DNA of 64,000 nt from Dehalococcoidia bacterium (GTDB taxonomy: Bacteria; Chloroflexota; Dehalococcoidia; UBA6926), in NCBI GenBank assembly GCA_965207115.1, contig CBDBLR010000003.1:224563-288562 (forward strand), written 5' to 3'. Below are positions 1-9,005 of the stretch, in pieces. How positions within the stretch are numbered: the first letter of the stretch is position 1; each line of letters begins with the position of its first letter. The translations under genes and the position numbers were made by a program. Below the pieces are notes generated by a model. It saw only the letters and a list, made by a program, of their open reading frames with translations, ran no database searches and was not told the origin of the DNA.

Positions 1-238
1 AGCAAGTCAATAATGCTCGCGACCTACATCTCCGCCTGGAAGCCAGGTATCTTTCTACACGAGAGGATTACGCACTCTACCTTGAGGCTCACAGAAGCTG
101 GTCGTGCTGGGTTGAAAGCGCCGGGCAGAGCACTGGTGAAGGGCATGTTCCCTTCACATGCTAGCTGAGTAAACGGCCTTATAATTCCCCTGGGAATGCG
201 GCAGGATCTTCGCTGGGGATGCAGCACCCTCACCCTAA

Positions 239-262
239 CCCTCCCCCACAAAGGGGGGAGGG
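239..262. other. GC-rich stem-loop (CCCTCCCCC-acaaa-GGGGGGAGGG) just 3' of the CoA-transferase gene
   Basis: Inverted repeat read directly in the sequence, 14 nt beyond the stop codon at 276-278 (minus strand). There is no U-tract, so terminator function is unproven. Confidence 0.35.
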
Positions 263-275
263 GAATTTGGGAGTC

Positions 276-2687
276 CTAGACCAGAACTCCTCCCTCGGTG
301 AGTTCGCGGATGTCTGACTCGGAGAGACCGAGCAGCTCACGCATGACGAAGTTGTTGTGCTCGCCAAGGGCAGGGGCGCCCGTGCGGATTGCGCCGGGGG
401 TTTCTTCAAGCTTCGCGCCATAGGAGGCGTGGCCAATGTTGCCCCACTGCGGTTCCACATGCGGCACGTTGACGATGTAGCCGCGCGCGTTCAAGGCAGG
501 ATCGTAGTAGACCTCCTCCGTCGTCTGGGCGGCGGTGGCGGGCACGCCATGTTTCTGGAGCGTCAACATGACCTGCCGCGGAGTGAGGTTCCTCGTCCAC
601 TCGGATACGAGTTCATCGAGAGCTTCACGGTTGGCGAGACGTGCCTCCAACGTGGCGAAACGCGAGTCCTGCGTCCACTCCGGCGGATCCTGGTTGGGCG
701 GCGTCATACCGCGCACAAGCCCCTGCCATTCCTCCTCCGTGTGACAGGCGATGACACACCAGCGATCATCTCCAGCGCAGGGGTAGGCGTCGTGCGGGGC
801 GGCGTATTCGCGCCGGTTGCCCGTCGGTTCCTGGTTAACACCGTTGATGACGTAGTCCAGCAACGGCACGCCGAGCGCGTTTGCCTGCGCCTCTACCTGC
901 GAGACCTCAATGCGCTGGCCCTGTCCGGTCTTGAGCTTGTGATAAAGGGCGGTCTGCAGCATGTAGCCCGAGAGCCCGCCCACAAAGAAATCGGCATAGT
1001 AGACGCCGCAGCGAAGAGAGGGCGGCGATTCCGGATGTCCCCAGAGGTAGGTGACGCCGGAGGCTGTCTGCGCCTGGAGTCCAAACAAGACGTGGGACGC
1101 GAATGGGCCGGTGCTGCCCCACCCGGGCATGCTCATGTACACGATGTCCGGCTTGACGGCGCGGATGCCCTCATAGTCCAGACCCCAGCGTGAGAGCGCG
1201 CCTGCGGCGTAGTTCTCAACGACGGCATCGCTGGTCGCCGCAAGCTTGCGGACGATGTCTTGCCCCTCTTCAAAGTGGAGGTCCACGGTGATGCTCATCT
1301 TGTTGCGGTTGAGCTCCGGGTGCATGGGGAGGAGTCCGGCGATGCGGGACGCGGGGTCGAATAGCGACGATTCAATCTTGATGACCTCCGCGCCGAAGTC
1401 CGCAAGTTGCCGTGTTCCGTACGGGCCGACCCAGATGCGCGTCAGGTCTGTGATACGCACGCCCTCCATCGGCATGCGTCCATTGCCGGGGTTGGCCATG
1501 ACGGGGGCTGCCGGCGTCGATGGCGCGGCGTTGTCCGCCTCCGCAAGCACCTCGTCCGTGTGCTGTCCGAGCGTGGGTGCGGGGCGGCGCAACGACCATG
1601 GCGTCTCACTCAACCGTCCGGCAGGGCCGGGGAGCTTGTAGTTGCCCAGAACCGGATGCGTCACGTCCTGGAAATAGCCGCGGAAGAGCAGGTGAGGGTT
1701 TTCGGCGAGGTCGGCGGGAGAACTGACTGGCGCGGCGGGAATGCGGCGCGCCTGCGCCTCGTCCACGGCTTCCGCGACGGTCTTTGTGAGGAAGAACTCC
1801 ACCGCGATCTCGTTGATGAAGTCCTTGTTCTCCTGGCGGAGGGTGAGATCCCTGAACATCTCGTCCTGGATGACTTCATTGCCCGTCCACTGCGCGAACG
1901 ACATGAACTGGCCGGGCTGGATGGGAGAAAATCCGATCCAGCCGTCGGAGCATTCAAAGACGCCGGTCCCGCCGCCTCCGCCCGTGCCCGGGCGCGCCGC
2001 GACGGTGCTGCTGTAGCCGAACTGGGCGACGATGAACAGGATGTTCGCTGTTGCCTCCGTCATTGAGACGTCCACGCGCTGGCCGCGGCCTGAATGCTCC
2101 CGAGCGAAGAGCGCGTTCATGATTCCGATGGCCGCGTGCGTGCCGCCGACGGAATAGCCGAGGAAGGAGGGGGACATAACAGGTTGGTAATCGGGATCGC
2201 CCTGGAGAAGCATCAAACCGCCCATTGCCTCGGCGTGGATGTCCGTGCCCTTGTAGGAGGCGTAGGGGCCGGTCTGGCCGTAGGGTGTGACTGAACAGAG
2301 AATCAGGCCGGGGTTGTCAGCACGCAGACTTTCGAAATCAAGGCCAATCTCGTTGATGTAGCCGGGGGAGTTGGTTTCCAGGATGACGTCGACGGTTCGC
2401 GCGAGACGGCGGATTGTGTCCCGGCCCTCGTCCGTTGTGATGTCGGCGACGACACTGCGCTTGTTCGTGTGGAACGAGTGAAAGACGAGACTGCGCTCCT
2501 GGCCAGGTTCGTTGGCAGCGTAAGGCGGCATGTGGCGGCTCGCGTCGCCATTCGGTCCCTCAACGAGGATGACATCCGCGCCAAAGTCGGCGAGAAGCTT
2601 GGAGCCGTACATGGATGGCAGCCCACCAAGATCAAGCACACGCACGCCATCGAGCGCGCCGGCGGCATTATCGGTTTGAGATGTCAT
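276..2687 (-). CDS. Tandem two-domain family III (CaiB/BaiF-type) CoA-transferase, 803 aa
   Basis: N-terminal GVRVLDLGG...LLADFGADVILVE motif, and a second copy near residue 416 (GVRITDLTRIWVGPYGTRQLADFGAEVIKIE). GGGAGAAGG Shine-Dalgarno sequence upstream of the ATG at 2687. Confidence 0.85.
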   Translation of the reverse strand: MTSQTDNAAGALDGVRVLDLGGLPSMYGSKLLADFGADVILVEGPNGDASRHMPPYAANEPGQERSLVFHSFHTNKRSVVADITTDEGRDTIRRLARTVDVILETNSPGYINEIGLDFESLRADNPGLILCSVTPYGQTGPYASYKGTDIHAEAMGGLMLLQGDPDYQPVMSPSFLGYSVGGTHAAIGIMNALFAREHSGRGQRVDVSMTEATANILFIVAQFGYSSTVAARPGTGGGGGTGVFECSDGWIGFSPIQPGQFMSFAQWTGNEVIQDEMFRDLTLRQENKDFINEIAVEFFLTKTVAEAVDEAQARRIPAAPVSSPADLAENPHLLFRGYFQDVTHPVLGNYKLPGPAGRLSETPWSLRRPAPTLGQHTDEVLAEADNAAPSTPAAPVMANPGNGRMPMEGVRITDLTRIWVGPYGTRQLADFGAEVIKIESSLFDPASRIAGLLPMHPELNRNKMSITVDLHFEEGQDIVRKLAATSDAVVENYAAGALSRWGLDYEGIRAVKPDIVYMSMPGWGSTGPFASHVLFGLQAQTASGVTYLWGHPESPPSLRCGVYYADFFVGGLSGYMLQTALYHKLKTGQGQRIEVSQVEAQANALGVPLLDYVINGVNQEPTGNRREYAAPHDAYPCAGDDRWCVIACHTEEEWQGLVRGMTPPNQDPPEWTQDSRFATLEARLANREALDELVSEWTRNLTPRQVMLTLQKHGVPATAAQTTEEVYYDPALNARGYIVNVPHVEPQWGNIGHASYGAKLEETPGAIRTGAPALGEHNNFVMRELLGLSESDIRELTEGGVLV

Positions 2688-2716
2688 GTAACCTTCTCCC
2701 TGTTGTGTCCCTTGAA

Positions 2717-4042
2717 TCAGTCGAAAGCAAGTTGTGGGAACTGGTCGAAATTGTAGGATGAACCCTCATGGACAAGCGCGTCCCACCAGTCGATTCCGAA
2801 CCCGACCTTTTCCTCGAAATTTTCGCAAAGTATCTTTAAGTGCGGGTCACGATCAAACCGCTCATGTTTGTAGACGACCAAGCCGAGTCGCCGAGTAAGG
2901 AGTTCATGCATTTCGTTGAATAGCCTCACATTGGACTGCTTGGGTCGCAACCATACGACCATTTGCCCAGGTAGGCCGGTTCGGACATTACGAGGCATGC
3001 TCGTATGGTCAGTTAGCAGGGCGCTTGCGACGGAGAATCCCCGGGTGAACGCCGCTACGACCGATTCAGCAGAGGCCATTAACCCCTTGGGTAGCCGAAA
3101 ACCGTCGCAGTTCGTTTGTGGGGCAAAGGCTTGTGTAATGACTTCAAATGCTTTTGAGTCATCGGAGAGGTCAATAGTGACGGCCTGTTCGGACACTTCA
3201 ACCGTTGAATCGGGTAGCGCCCGCCGTGCCTGAATCGCTATCTCATCCGGGATAGTGCGTAACGCAGTTGCCGCTTCAAATGATTGATTCCTTACCGTGA
3301 TGCGACCTTCGTTGTAGCTGGCAGCCCGGAAGAGAAGACGAATTCTGATTGATGATTCCGTCAGATTCAGTTCTCCTCTAGCCGCAATTGCGCCCATCAG
3401 ATACGCCGCCTCAAGTGAGGGCCACGCAAATGGCTTCCTTGCAGCCGACTGCAAGTGCTCGGTCAGAGTTCGTAGTGCTCCACGTGACCGTCTTTCACCA
3501 CGCAACCAAGATGTCCTCAGGCGACCACAGTAGAGCTCATAGAGACGCGCGGCTTCGTGGTCGATATAGGATGCTTGTGGGTTGTTCCACAGGGACTCAA
3601 ATGCTTCATGTAGCATCCTGTTCTCCTGTGAATCAGACGGGCAATCAAGGACGATGCCATACTCCACGTTGCGGTTGAGAGCGGCGCCGGTCAGGTTCCC
3701 AGAACCGACTATCGAACTAGCTCCGGTGTCCATCTCTGTGAGATAGAGCTTGGCGTGGAAATTCCCACCATCGTCTTTCGGAAGCAGAGTCTTGAGTGTC
3801 ATCGTCTCATGGGCTTCCTGCAATGCGACCAGCGACCACACTGCGGACGGATCGGTGTTGCCGCTCTGAAGGTCAATGAGGAAGCGGATCTGGCGACCGT
3901 CGCGCAGTAAAGTCTCGATTTGCGGCATGACTATATCAAGCCCCTCTTTGGAGACGTAGGCAACGGCAATACTCACGTCGCTGTCTGACGACAATAGTGC
4001 TGGAATGTCTGCCCCATAGTCAGCGGAGCGAATCATCGTCAT
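2717..4042 (-). CDS. PLD/HKD-superfamily nuclease-like protein with an unrelated C-terminal domain; candidate restriction endonuclease, 441 aa
   Basis: Single HKD motif HAKLYLTEMDTGASSIVGSGNLT (H96, K98). The start ATG overlaps the methyltransferase stop (ATGA at 4039-4042). Local GC is lower than the flanks. Confidence 0.7.
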   Translation of the reverse strand: MTMIRSADYGADIPALLSSDSDVSIAVAYVSKEGLDIVMPQIETLLRDGRQIRFLIDLQSGNTDPSAVWSLVALQEAHETMTLKTLLPKDDGGNFHAKLYLTEMDTGASSIVGSGNLTGAALNRNVEYGIVLDCPSDSQENRMLHEAFESLWNNPQASYIDHEAARLYELYCGRLRTSWLRGERRSRGALRTLTEHLQSAARKPFAWPSLEAAYLMGAIAARGELNLTESSIRIRLLFRAASYNEGRITVRNQSFEAATALRTIPDEIAIQARRALPDSTVEVSEQAVTIDLSDDSKAFEVITQAFAPQTNCDGFRLPKGLMASAESVVAAFTRGFSVASALLTDHTSMPRNVRTGLPGQMVVWLRPKQSNVRLFNEMHELLTRRLGLVVYKHERFDRDPHLKILCENFEEKVGFGIDWWDALVHEGSSYNFDQFPQLAFD

Positions 4043-4899
4043 TTTGGCTTCTGGAAGATGTTTATGTACTCGTGAACCTTGTTGATGCGAAAGACGGACG
4101 GGTGACCCAAGGGGCGAAGATTGTTGTACTCGCTGCTGCGATCCCAGATGATGATGTCATCGAGGACAAACCCAACCTTTTCCATGTATTGGGCTAGGTC
4201 TGCATGGAACGGATAGAATCGATCCTTTTTGCGCAAGTCCATGACAATTACGCAACAATAGGCTCCAGGCTTTATGGCGAGATAAACCTTGCTGAAAACT
4301 TCTGTCAACTCTTCAAGGAAGGCGTGGTAGTCTTCAATCGTGCCTAGATCTCCTTCAGCATTCCCATAATGGCGAACGTCTTTGTAGTCCGCAGTGCGAT
4401 CTCTTTGGAGTATGTCCCAGTAAGGCGGGGACGTTATCACAAGGTCTACTGTTTCCGGCTCCACGAATTCCAGGAGGTTTCGCGCGTCCGCGACATGCAG
4501 TTGTCTCTCGCCAAGCTCCGCCGCGGTATTTAGAAGCGGTTGAGGCCGCGTGTGCGCTTTCGTAATGTAATCAACCGACAGGTCAAGCCCGATGCCGATC
4601 TTGCCCGCCGCCTCTGCGGCAATGACCGTCGAACCGACACCGACAAATGGGTCAAGGACTATCCGTTGGTCATTCGTCGTGAGACTCTCAATGAGCCGTG
4701 TTACCAGTTGACCCGGGAACATGGCGGGGTGCTTTAGGTTTTGTTCCTCGCTCGTCTTGCGGATGTCATTCCACACGCTGATGGAGTTGCGCAGCCACGC
4801 TGCGCCGTCAAGATCGTTCGCCCTCTTGCGTGGGGACCTCGGCTTGGATGGAGGTTTTTCCTCTCCGGGCAACAATCGTTGCTGTGCTTCTGTGGCCAA
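4039..4899 (-). CDS. N6-adenine/N4-cytosine DNA methyltransferase (PF01555-like), 286 aa, TTG start
   Basis: KHPAMFPGQL...VLDPFVGVGSTVIAAE (motifs X and I) followed by VDLVITSPPYWD (motif IV). Translationally coupled to the downstream PLD gene. Confidence 0.85.
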   Translation of the reverse strand: MATEAQQRLLPGEEKPPSKPRSPRKRANDLDGAAWLRNSISVWNDIRKTSEEQNLKHPAMFPGQLVTRLIESLTTNDQRIVLDPFVGVGSTVIAAEAAGKIGIGLDLSVDYITKAHTRPQPLLNTAAELGERQLHVADARNLLEFVEPETVDLVITSPPYWDILQRDRTADYKDVRHYGNAEGDLGTIEDYHAFLEELTEVFSKVYLAIKPGAYCCVIVMDLRKKDRFYPFHADLAQYMEKVGFVLDDIIIWDRSSEYNNLRPLGHPSVFRINKVHEYINIFQKPK

Positions 4900-4972
4900 A
4901 ACTCGTGTCCCCCAGCGCGTATCGTTCTCAGAATGAGCCTACATGAGTGGTCGCATGGGGGCAATGCGTGCT

Positions 4973-7351
4973 CTAGGTTAACGCTCCTACGTCCTGTAGT
5001 TTCTGCACTTCGTCGTCTGAGAGGCCGAGGATTCCGCGGAGGACGTAGTCATTGTGCTGGCCGAGGGCGGCGGAGGGCATCCGCGAGCCGCCGGGCGTTT
5101 CTGACAGGCGGACGGTGACGCCCGGCTGCTGCAAGACACCCCAATCCGGGTGATCCAGCGTTTGGATGTAGCCGCGCTCACGCAGGTGCGGGTCCCAGTA
5201 CAGCCCCTCGCCGTCGAGGACGGCGGTGGCAGCGACGCCTGAGCGTTGGAGCAGGTGCATGACTTGGCGTGGCGTCTGCGTTCGCGTCCACTCGGACAGT
5301 TCGGCGTTCAGCGCGTCCTCGTTGGCTTTACGTCCCTCTTGCGTCGCATAGTCTGGAGTCTGCGTCCATGCAGGAGCGCCAATGGCCTGAACGAGCGCTT
5401 CCCATTCCTGGTCCGTCCTGCAGGCGATGGCGCACCATTCATCGCTGCCCTTGGCGGGATAGATGCCGTGCGGGGCGTGGACGGGGTGGCGGTTGCCAAC
5501 GGGCTCGCCGGGACGGCCGTTGACCTTGTAGTCCATGAAGGGCATGGCCATGGTGTTGCCGACGGCCTCCACCTGCGCCATCTCTACGTACTGGCCGCGT
5601 CCCGTCTCTGCCTTGTGATAGATGGCGGCAAGAGCGGCGAGCGCGGTAAGGCTGGCGATGAGAAAGTCAGGGTAGTCGAACTTGCAGCGGGCGTTCGGTT
5701 CCGACTCCGGGTGTCCCCATGTGTAGCTGAGGCCGGAGACGGAGACGAGGCTGAATCCGAAGGCGACGTGATCCTTAAGCGGCCCGATGCTGCCCCACCC
5801 GGGCATGCTGACCTGGATGATCTCCGGGTTGACCTTACGCAGTTCCTCGTAGCCGAGATCGAAGCGGTCGATGACGCCGAGCGCGAAGTTGTCTATGACG
5901 AGGTCAGAGACGGCGGCGATGCGCATGGCGACTTCCCGCGCCTCATCGTGATGCAGGTCAAGCGTGATGCCGTGCTTGTTGCGGTTGAGATCGGCAACGA
6001 ATGGCATCGTGCCCATGCGGTTGTTGGTGTCGAACAGGGACGACTCAACCTTGATAACTTCCGCGCCGTAGTCGGCAAGCTGACGCGTGCAGTACGGCCC
6101 CGCCCAGATTCGCGTGAAGTCCAGGACTCGCACGCCCTCAAGCGGTAGCACGGGGGTCGCGCCGTTCTCCGCCGCTCCGGCGGGCGCAGGTTGGCGTTCC
6201 GAGACTTGACCGGCGTGTTCGTTCAACAGAGGGGCGGGTTTGGGCTGGGGGATGGGTGTTTCCGACATACGGAAGGGCGGGCCGGGGAGAGGATATTCAC
6301 CGATATCGGGGTGTTTGACTGTCGTGAAATAGTCACGCTCAGCGAACTGGACATTGTCGGCAAAGTCGCCGGGGCGATTGACGGGCGCGGCTGCGAGGCG
6401 TCGACTCTGTGCCTCTTCCACGAACTCGGCCACCGTAAACTGCTCGATGAACGGCCTGGTGAGGGAATCGATGAACAGCATGTTCTCGCCCTGCCGGTTG
6501 ATAAGCGGATACCAGAACTCGTCCTGCAGGGCGGGCTCGCCCATCCAGTCGAAGAAGACCCTTGCCTGCGGGGCGAGGAGCACGGCAAGGCTCACCCATC
6601 CGTCCTTACACCGGTAGATGTTGTAGGGGGCGAGGTTGCCGGTTGCGCCGATGCGCTCTCCGATCTCCGACGTGGCCGAGTAGCGGATGATCTGGTAGAA
6701 GATGTTGGCCAGCACCTCCTGCATGGAGACTTCCACGTGCTGGCCTCGGCCAGTCTTGCGGCGCGCCATGAGCGCGTAGAAGACTCCGTGCGCGGCGTGG
6801 ATGTTGGCCATGATATATGCCTGGTCGAGGGGAGCGGCTGCGGGGGGCTGCTCGTCGTCGCCCTGGATAGTTGTCAGCCCGCTCATGGCAATGGCATGGA
6901 GGTCTGAAGCCAGGTAATCGCCATAGGGGCCGGACTCGCCGAACGGCGTGACGGAGACGGTGATCAGGCGAGGATTGTCCTCTCTCAAGACGCCATCAGG
7001 CAGCCCGATGGTGGCGAGGTAGCCGGGCTCGAAACTGTCCAGCACGACATCGGCGGACCGCGCCATGTCCAGCAACTGTTGGCGGCCATTGTCCGTTGCA
7101 ATGTCGATGACGACGCTCGACTTATTGGAGTTGTAGGCGAGCCAGCGGAGGCTGCGGTTTAGGCCCGGTTCATCACCGGCGAACGGAGGCAGGAACCGGA
7201 CGGGATCGCCGCCCGGGGGCTCGATTTTGATGACCTCCGCGCCCATGTCTGCCAGCAGGCGACCGGCGTACTGCCCGGCCAACCCGGACAGGTCAAGCAC
7301 GCGGATTCCTGCCAAGACGGACGGAGACGTTCCATTGGCTGTCGTTGTCAT
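4973..7351 (-). CDS. Tandem two-domain family III (CaiB/BaiF-type) CoA-transferase, 792 aa; paralog of 276..2687
   Basis: GIRVLDLSGLAGQYAGRLLADMGAEVIKIE and a second GVRVLDFTRIWAGPYCTRQLADYGAEVIKVE. Shares the SMPGWGS.GP and NRNK motifs with the paralog. Confidence 0.85.
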   Translation of the reverse strand: MTTTANGTSPSVLAGIRVLDLSGLAGQYAGRLLADMGAEVIKIEPPGGDPVRFLPPFAGDEPGLNRSLRWLAYNSNKSSVVIDIATDNGRQQLLDMARSADVVLDSFEPGYLATIGLPDGVLREDNPRLITVSVTPFGESGPYGDYLASDLHAIAMSGLTTIQGDDEQPPAAAPLDQAYIMANIHAAHGVFYALMARRKTGRGQHVEVSMQEVLANIFYQIIRYSATSEIGERIGATGNLAPYNIYRCKDGWVSLAVLLAPQARVFFDWMGEPALQDEFWYPLINRQGENMLFIDSLTRPFIEQFTVAEFVEEAQSRRLAAAPVNRPGDFADNVQFAERDYFTTVKHPDIGEYPLPGPPFRMSETPIPQPKPAPLLNEHAGQVSERQPAPAGAAENGATPVLPLEGVRVLDFTRIWAGPYCTRQLADYGAEVIKVESSLFDTNNRMGTMPFVADLNRNKHGITLDLHHDEAREVAMRIAAVSDLVIDNFALGVIDRFDLGYEELRKVNPEIIQVSMPGWGSIGPLKDHVAFGFSLVSVSGLSYTWGHPESEPNARCKFDYPDFLIASLTALAALAAIYHKAETGRGQYVEMAQVEAVGNTMAMPFMDYKVNGRPGEPVGNRHPVHAPHGIYPAKGSDEWCAIACRTDQEWEALVQAIGAPAWTQTPDYATQEGRKANEDALNAELSEWTRTQTPRQVMHLLQRSGVAATAVLDGEGLYWDPHLRERGYIQTLDHPDWGVLQQPGVTVRLSETPGGSRMPSAALGQHNDYVLRGILGLSDDEVQKLQDVGALT

Positions 7352-7454
7352 AGTCTCCCCTGTGTCGCCTTCATCCGATCAGTGGTAAATGGATAGCGGC
7401 GCGGCGGCGATGTCGCGCCGGATATTCGCAAGCGTAGCAGGATGGGACGCGCCG

Positions 7455-8990
7455 TCAAGCATATTCGGTGATCGGCTGCGCGAGGATCCAGAGACTGACC
7501 ATCGTGTAGCCGACCATCAGGATGAGCATGGCGCGTTGGCTTCTCAAGGCGACATCATGCGCTCCGAAATGCCGCAGCGCCGTGACGTGCGCGAGGAAGA
7601 CGGCGATGACGTGGCCGATGATGATGGCGACGATCGCCAGTATCCAGACAAACTGCGCGTTGATGATGCCGATGTTGACCTGGTAGTCGGACGTGCCGAA
7701 CAGGTCCCAGCCGAATCCGAACGGGTCGGAAGCGTGGGGGATTACCACCTGCCCCTGGATGAGCAAGTAGGAGAAGAAGTGAGCGAGATGGTAGGCGAAA
7801 GCGATGGGCACAAGAGAGAGGGCAAAGACACGGGCGGCCGCCATCGTGTTCCGTGTCTCCGGCGTCTCGCCCGAGCGGGCCATGACAGCACAAAAGAGGA
7901 GATAGGCGGCCACGAATATCCCTGCGAAGGCCATAAGGCCGGCGGTGTTCACCAGCGTGACGGCGGTGGACGTCCATCCGGGCGAGTTGACGAATGCCCG
8001 GTGGACGAGTTGTGCCCAGGGCGGTGTGTCCTGCAGGCCGTCAAACGTGACGGTGGACAGGAGGACGACGACAAGAATCATGTAGGAGGTAGTCGTGCCC
8101 GCACCGCTCAGCAGTCCTGCGCCCGGGGGTCTCAGGCCAACCTCTCGTCGTTCAGGCGGGGCGGCGCGAAAGGCCTCGACATCATCGATGGATTCTGTCT
8201 CGCCACTCTCGGAGACGACGCGCAGTTCGGTTGGGGCGAATCGAGAGAGGATGCCAAAGATTAGGGAGAACACGTCTGCGTTGCGCATCCAGGCGTCCGC
8301 TCCGAATATGGCCATGCCCCACCACGTGATCATGCAGTAGCCGATGATGGCAATGGCGAGCGACAGGGGCTCCGCAGAACCCTCGTAGGCAATCTCAAAC
8401 CATGCGAAAAGGGCAAAGACGATGACGGCGGGCCACGCGCCCCATGCCGGCGGGTAGGAAGAATCGTCCTGTCCGAAACTGAGGCCGCCCGGGACGACGC
8501 GCCGCGCGAGCGCGTCTATCCATTCGTAAATCGTACGGACGGGGTTTACTAAACCCCAGACGTTTCCGATGAGCGCGGATACAAACGCGATCCCGACCCA
8601 CCAGTAGACCCATACGAGGACGGGGGCGATGTTGGCTGTCGAACGGTTGACGCCCAACGCGCCGGTGAGCAGGACGAGCAAGAGGAGCAGGACACTGAGG
8701 ACGCGAATTACCTGAATGACAGGGGTACTCGCCAACATTCGGACAGGCCACAGCTTGAGCAGGTTGAAGCGGGGGTAGTCGGTTGCGCTGGGTGTTCGGC
8801 GCACAAAGACGGCAACGATGACGAATGAGAGGGCGACAGCCAACCCCGCGCCCGTCACATAGAGCGTGAGGGGCAGGGGCAGGTCATATTTCTCGCCGAA
8901 GCCGTGAGCGAATGCGACCCCGGGGATGAGCCATGCGAGAACCGCTAACGCAGTCGCAAGCGGGAGAATAGTTACAGCGAGCCTTTTCAT
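7455..8990 (-). CDS. Polytopic integral membrane protein of unknown function, 511 aa
   Basis: N-terminal signal-like segment ending AFA followed by HGFGEKYDLPLPL, then more than 10 hydrophobic segments. Lies 15 nt downstream of the cupredoxin-like gene on the same strand. Confidence 0.7.
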   Translation of the reverse strand: MKRLAVTILPLATALAVLAWLIPGVAFAHGFGEKYDLPLPLTLYVTGAGLAVALSFVIVAVFVRRTPSATDYPRFNLLKLWPVRMLASTPVIQVIRVLSVLLLLLVLLTGALGVNRSTANIAPVLVWVYWWVGIAFVSALIGNVWGLVNPVRTIYEWIDALARRVVPGGLSFGQDDSSYPPAWGAWPAVIVFALFAWFEIAYEGSAEPLSLAIAIIGYCMITWWGMAIFGADAWMRNADVFSLIFGILSRFAPTELRVVSESGETESIDDVEAFRAAPPERREVGLRPPGAGLLSGAGTTTSYMILVVVLLSTVTFDGLQDTPPWAQLVHRAFVNSPGWTSTAVTLVNTAGLMAFAGIFVAAYLLFCAVMARSGETPETRNTMAAARVFALSLVPIAFAYHLAHFFSYLLIQGQVVIPHASDPFGFGWDLFGTSDYQVNIGIINAQFVWILAIVAIIIGHVIAVFLAHVTALRHFGAHDVALRSQRAMLILMVGYTMVSLWILAQPITEYA

Positions 8991-9005
8991 TGCGGCTCGC
9001 TTATT

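Noticed and set aside
1-168. Frame 1 is open from the window edge to TGA at 166-168 (…ISAWKPGIFLHERITHSTLRLTEAGRAGLKAPGRALVKGMFPSHAS). It may be the 3' end of a gene.
   Set aside because: Only 55 codons are visible, with no start and no motif I can assign. The lower GC hints at accessory DNA, but a call cannot be supported.
357-2066. Long plus-strand ORFs (357..1193, 1246..1641, 1407..2066) and similar antisense ORFs throughout the window. Examples: 5246..6148, 7389..8264, 10375..11295, 11736..12602, 12143..13069, 14458..15180, 17024..17725, 20868..21503, 33163..34041, 37938..38864, 48405..49403, 48949..49737, 59022..59738 and 59530..60381.
   Set aside because: They lie entirely within, and antisense to or out of frame with, genes that have strong family signatures. 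Their products are Arg/Ala/Gly/Pro-rich, as expected for shadow ORFs in high-GC DNA.
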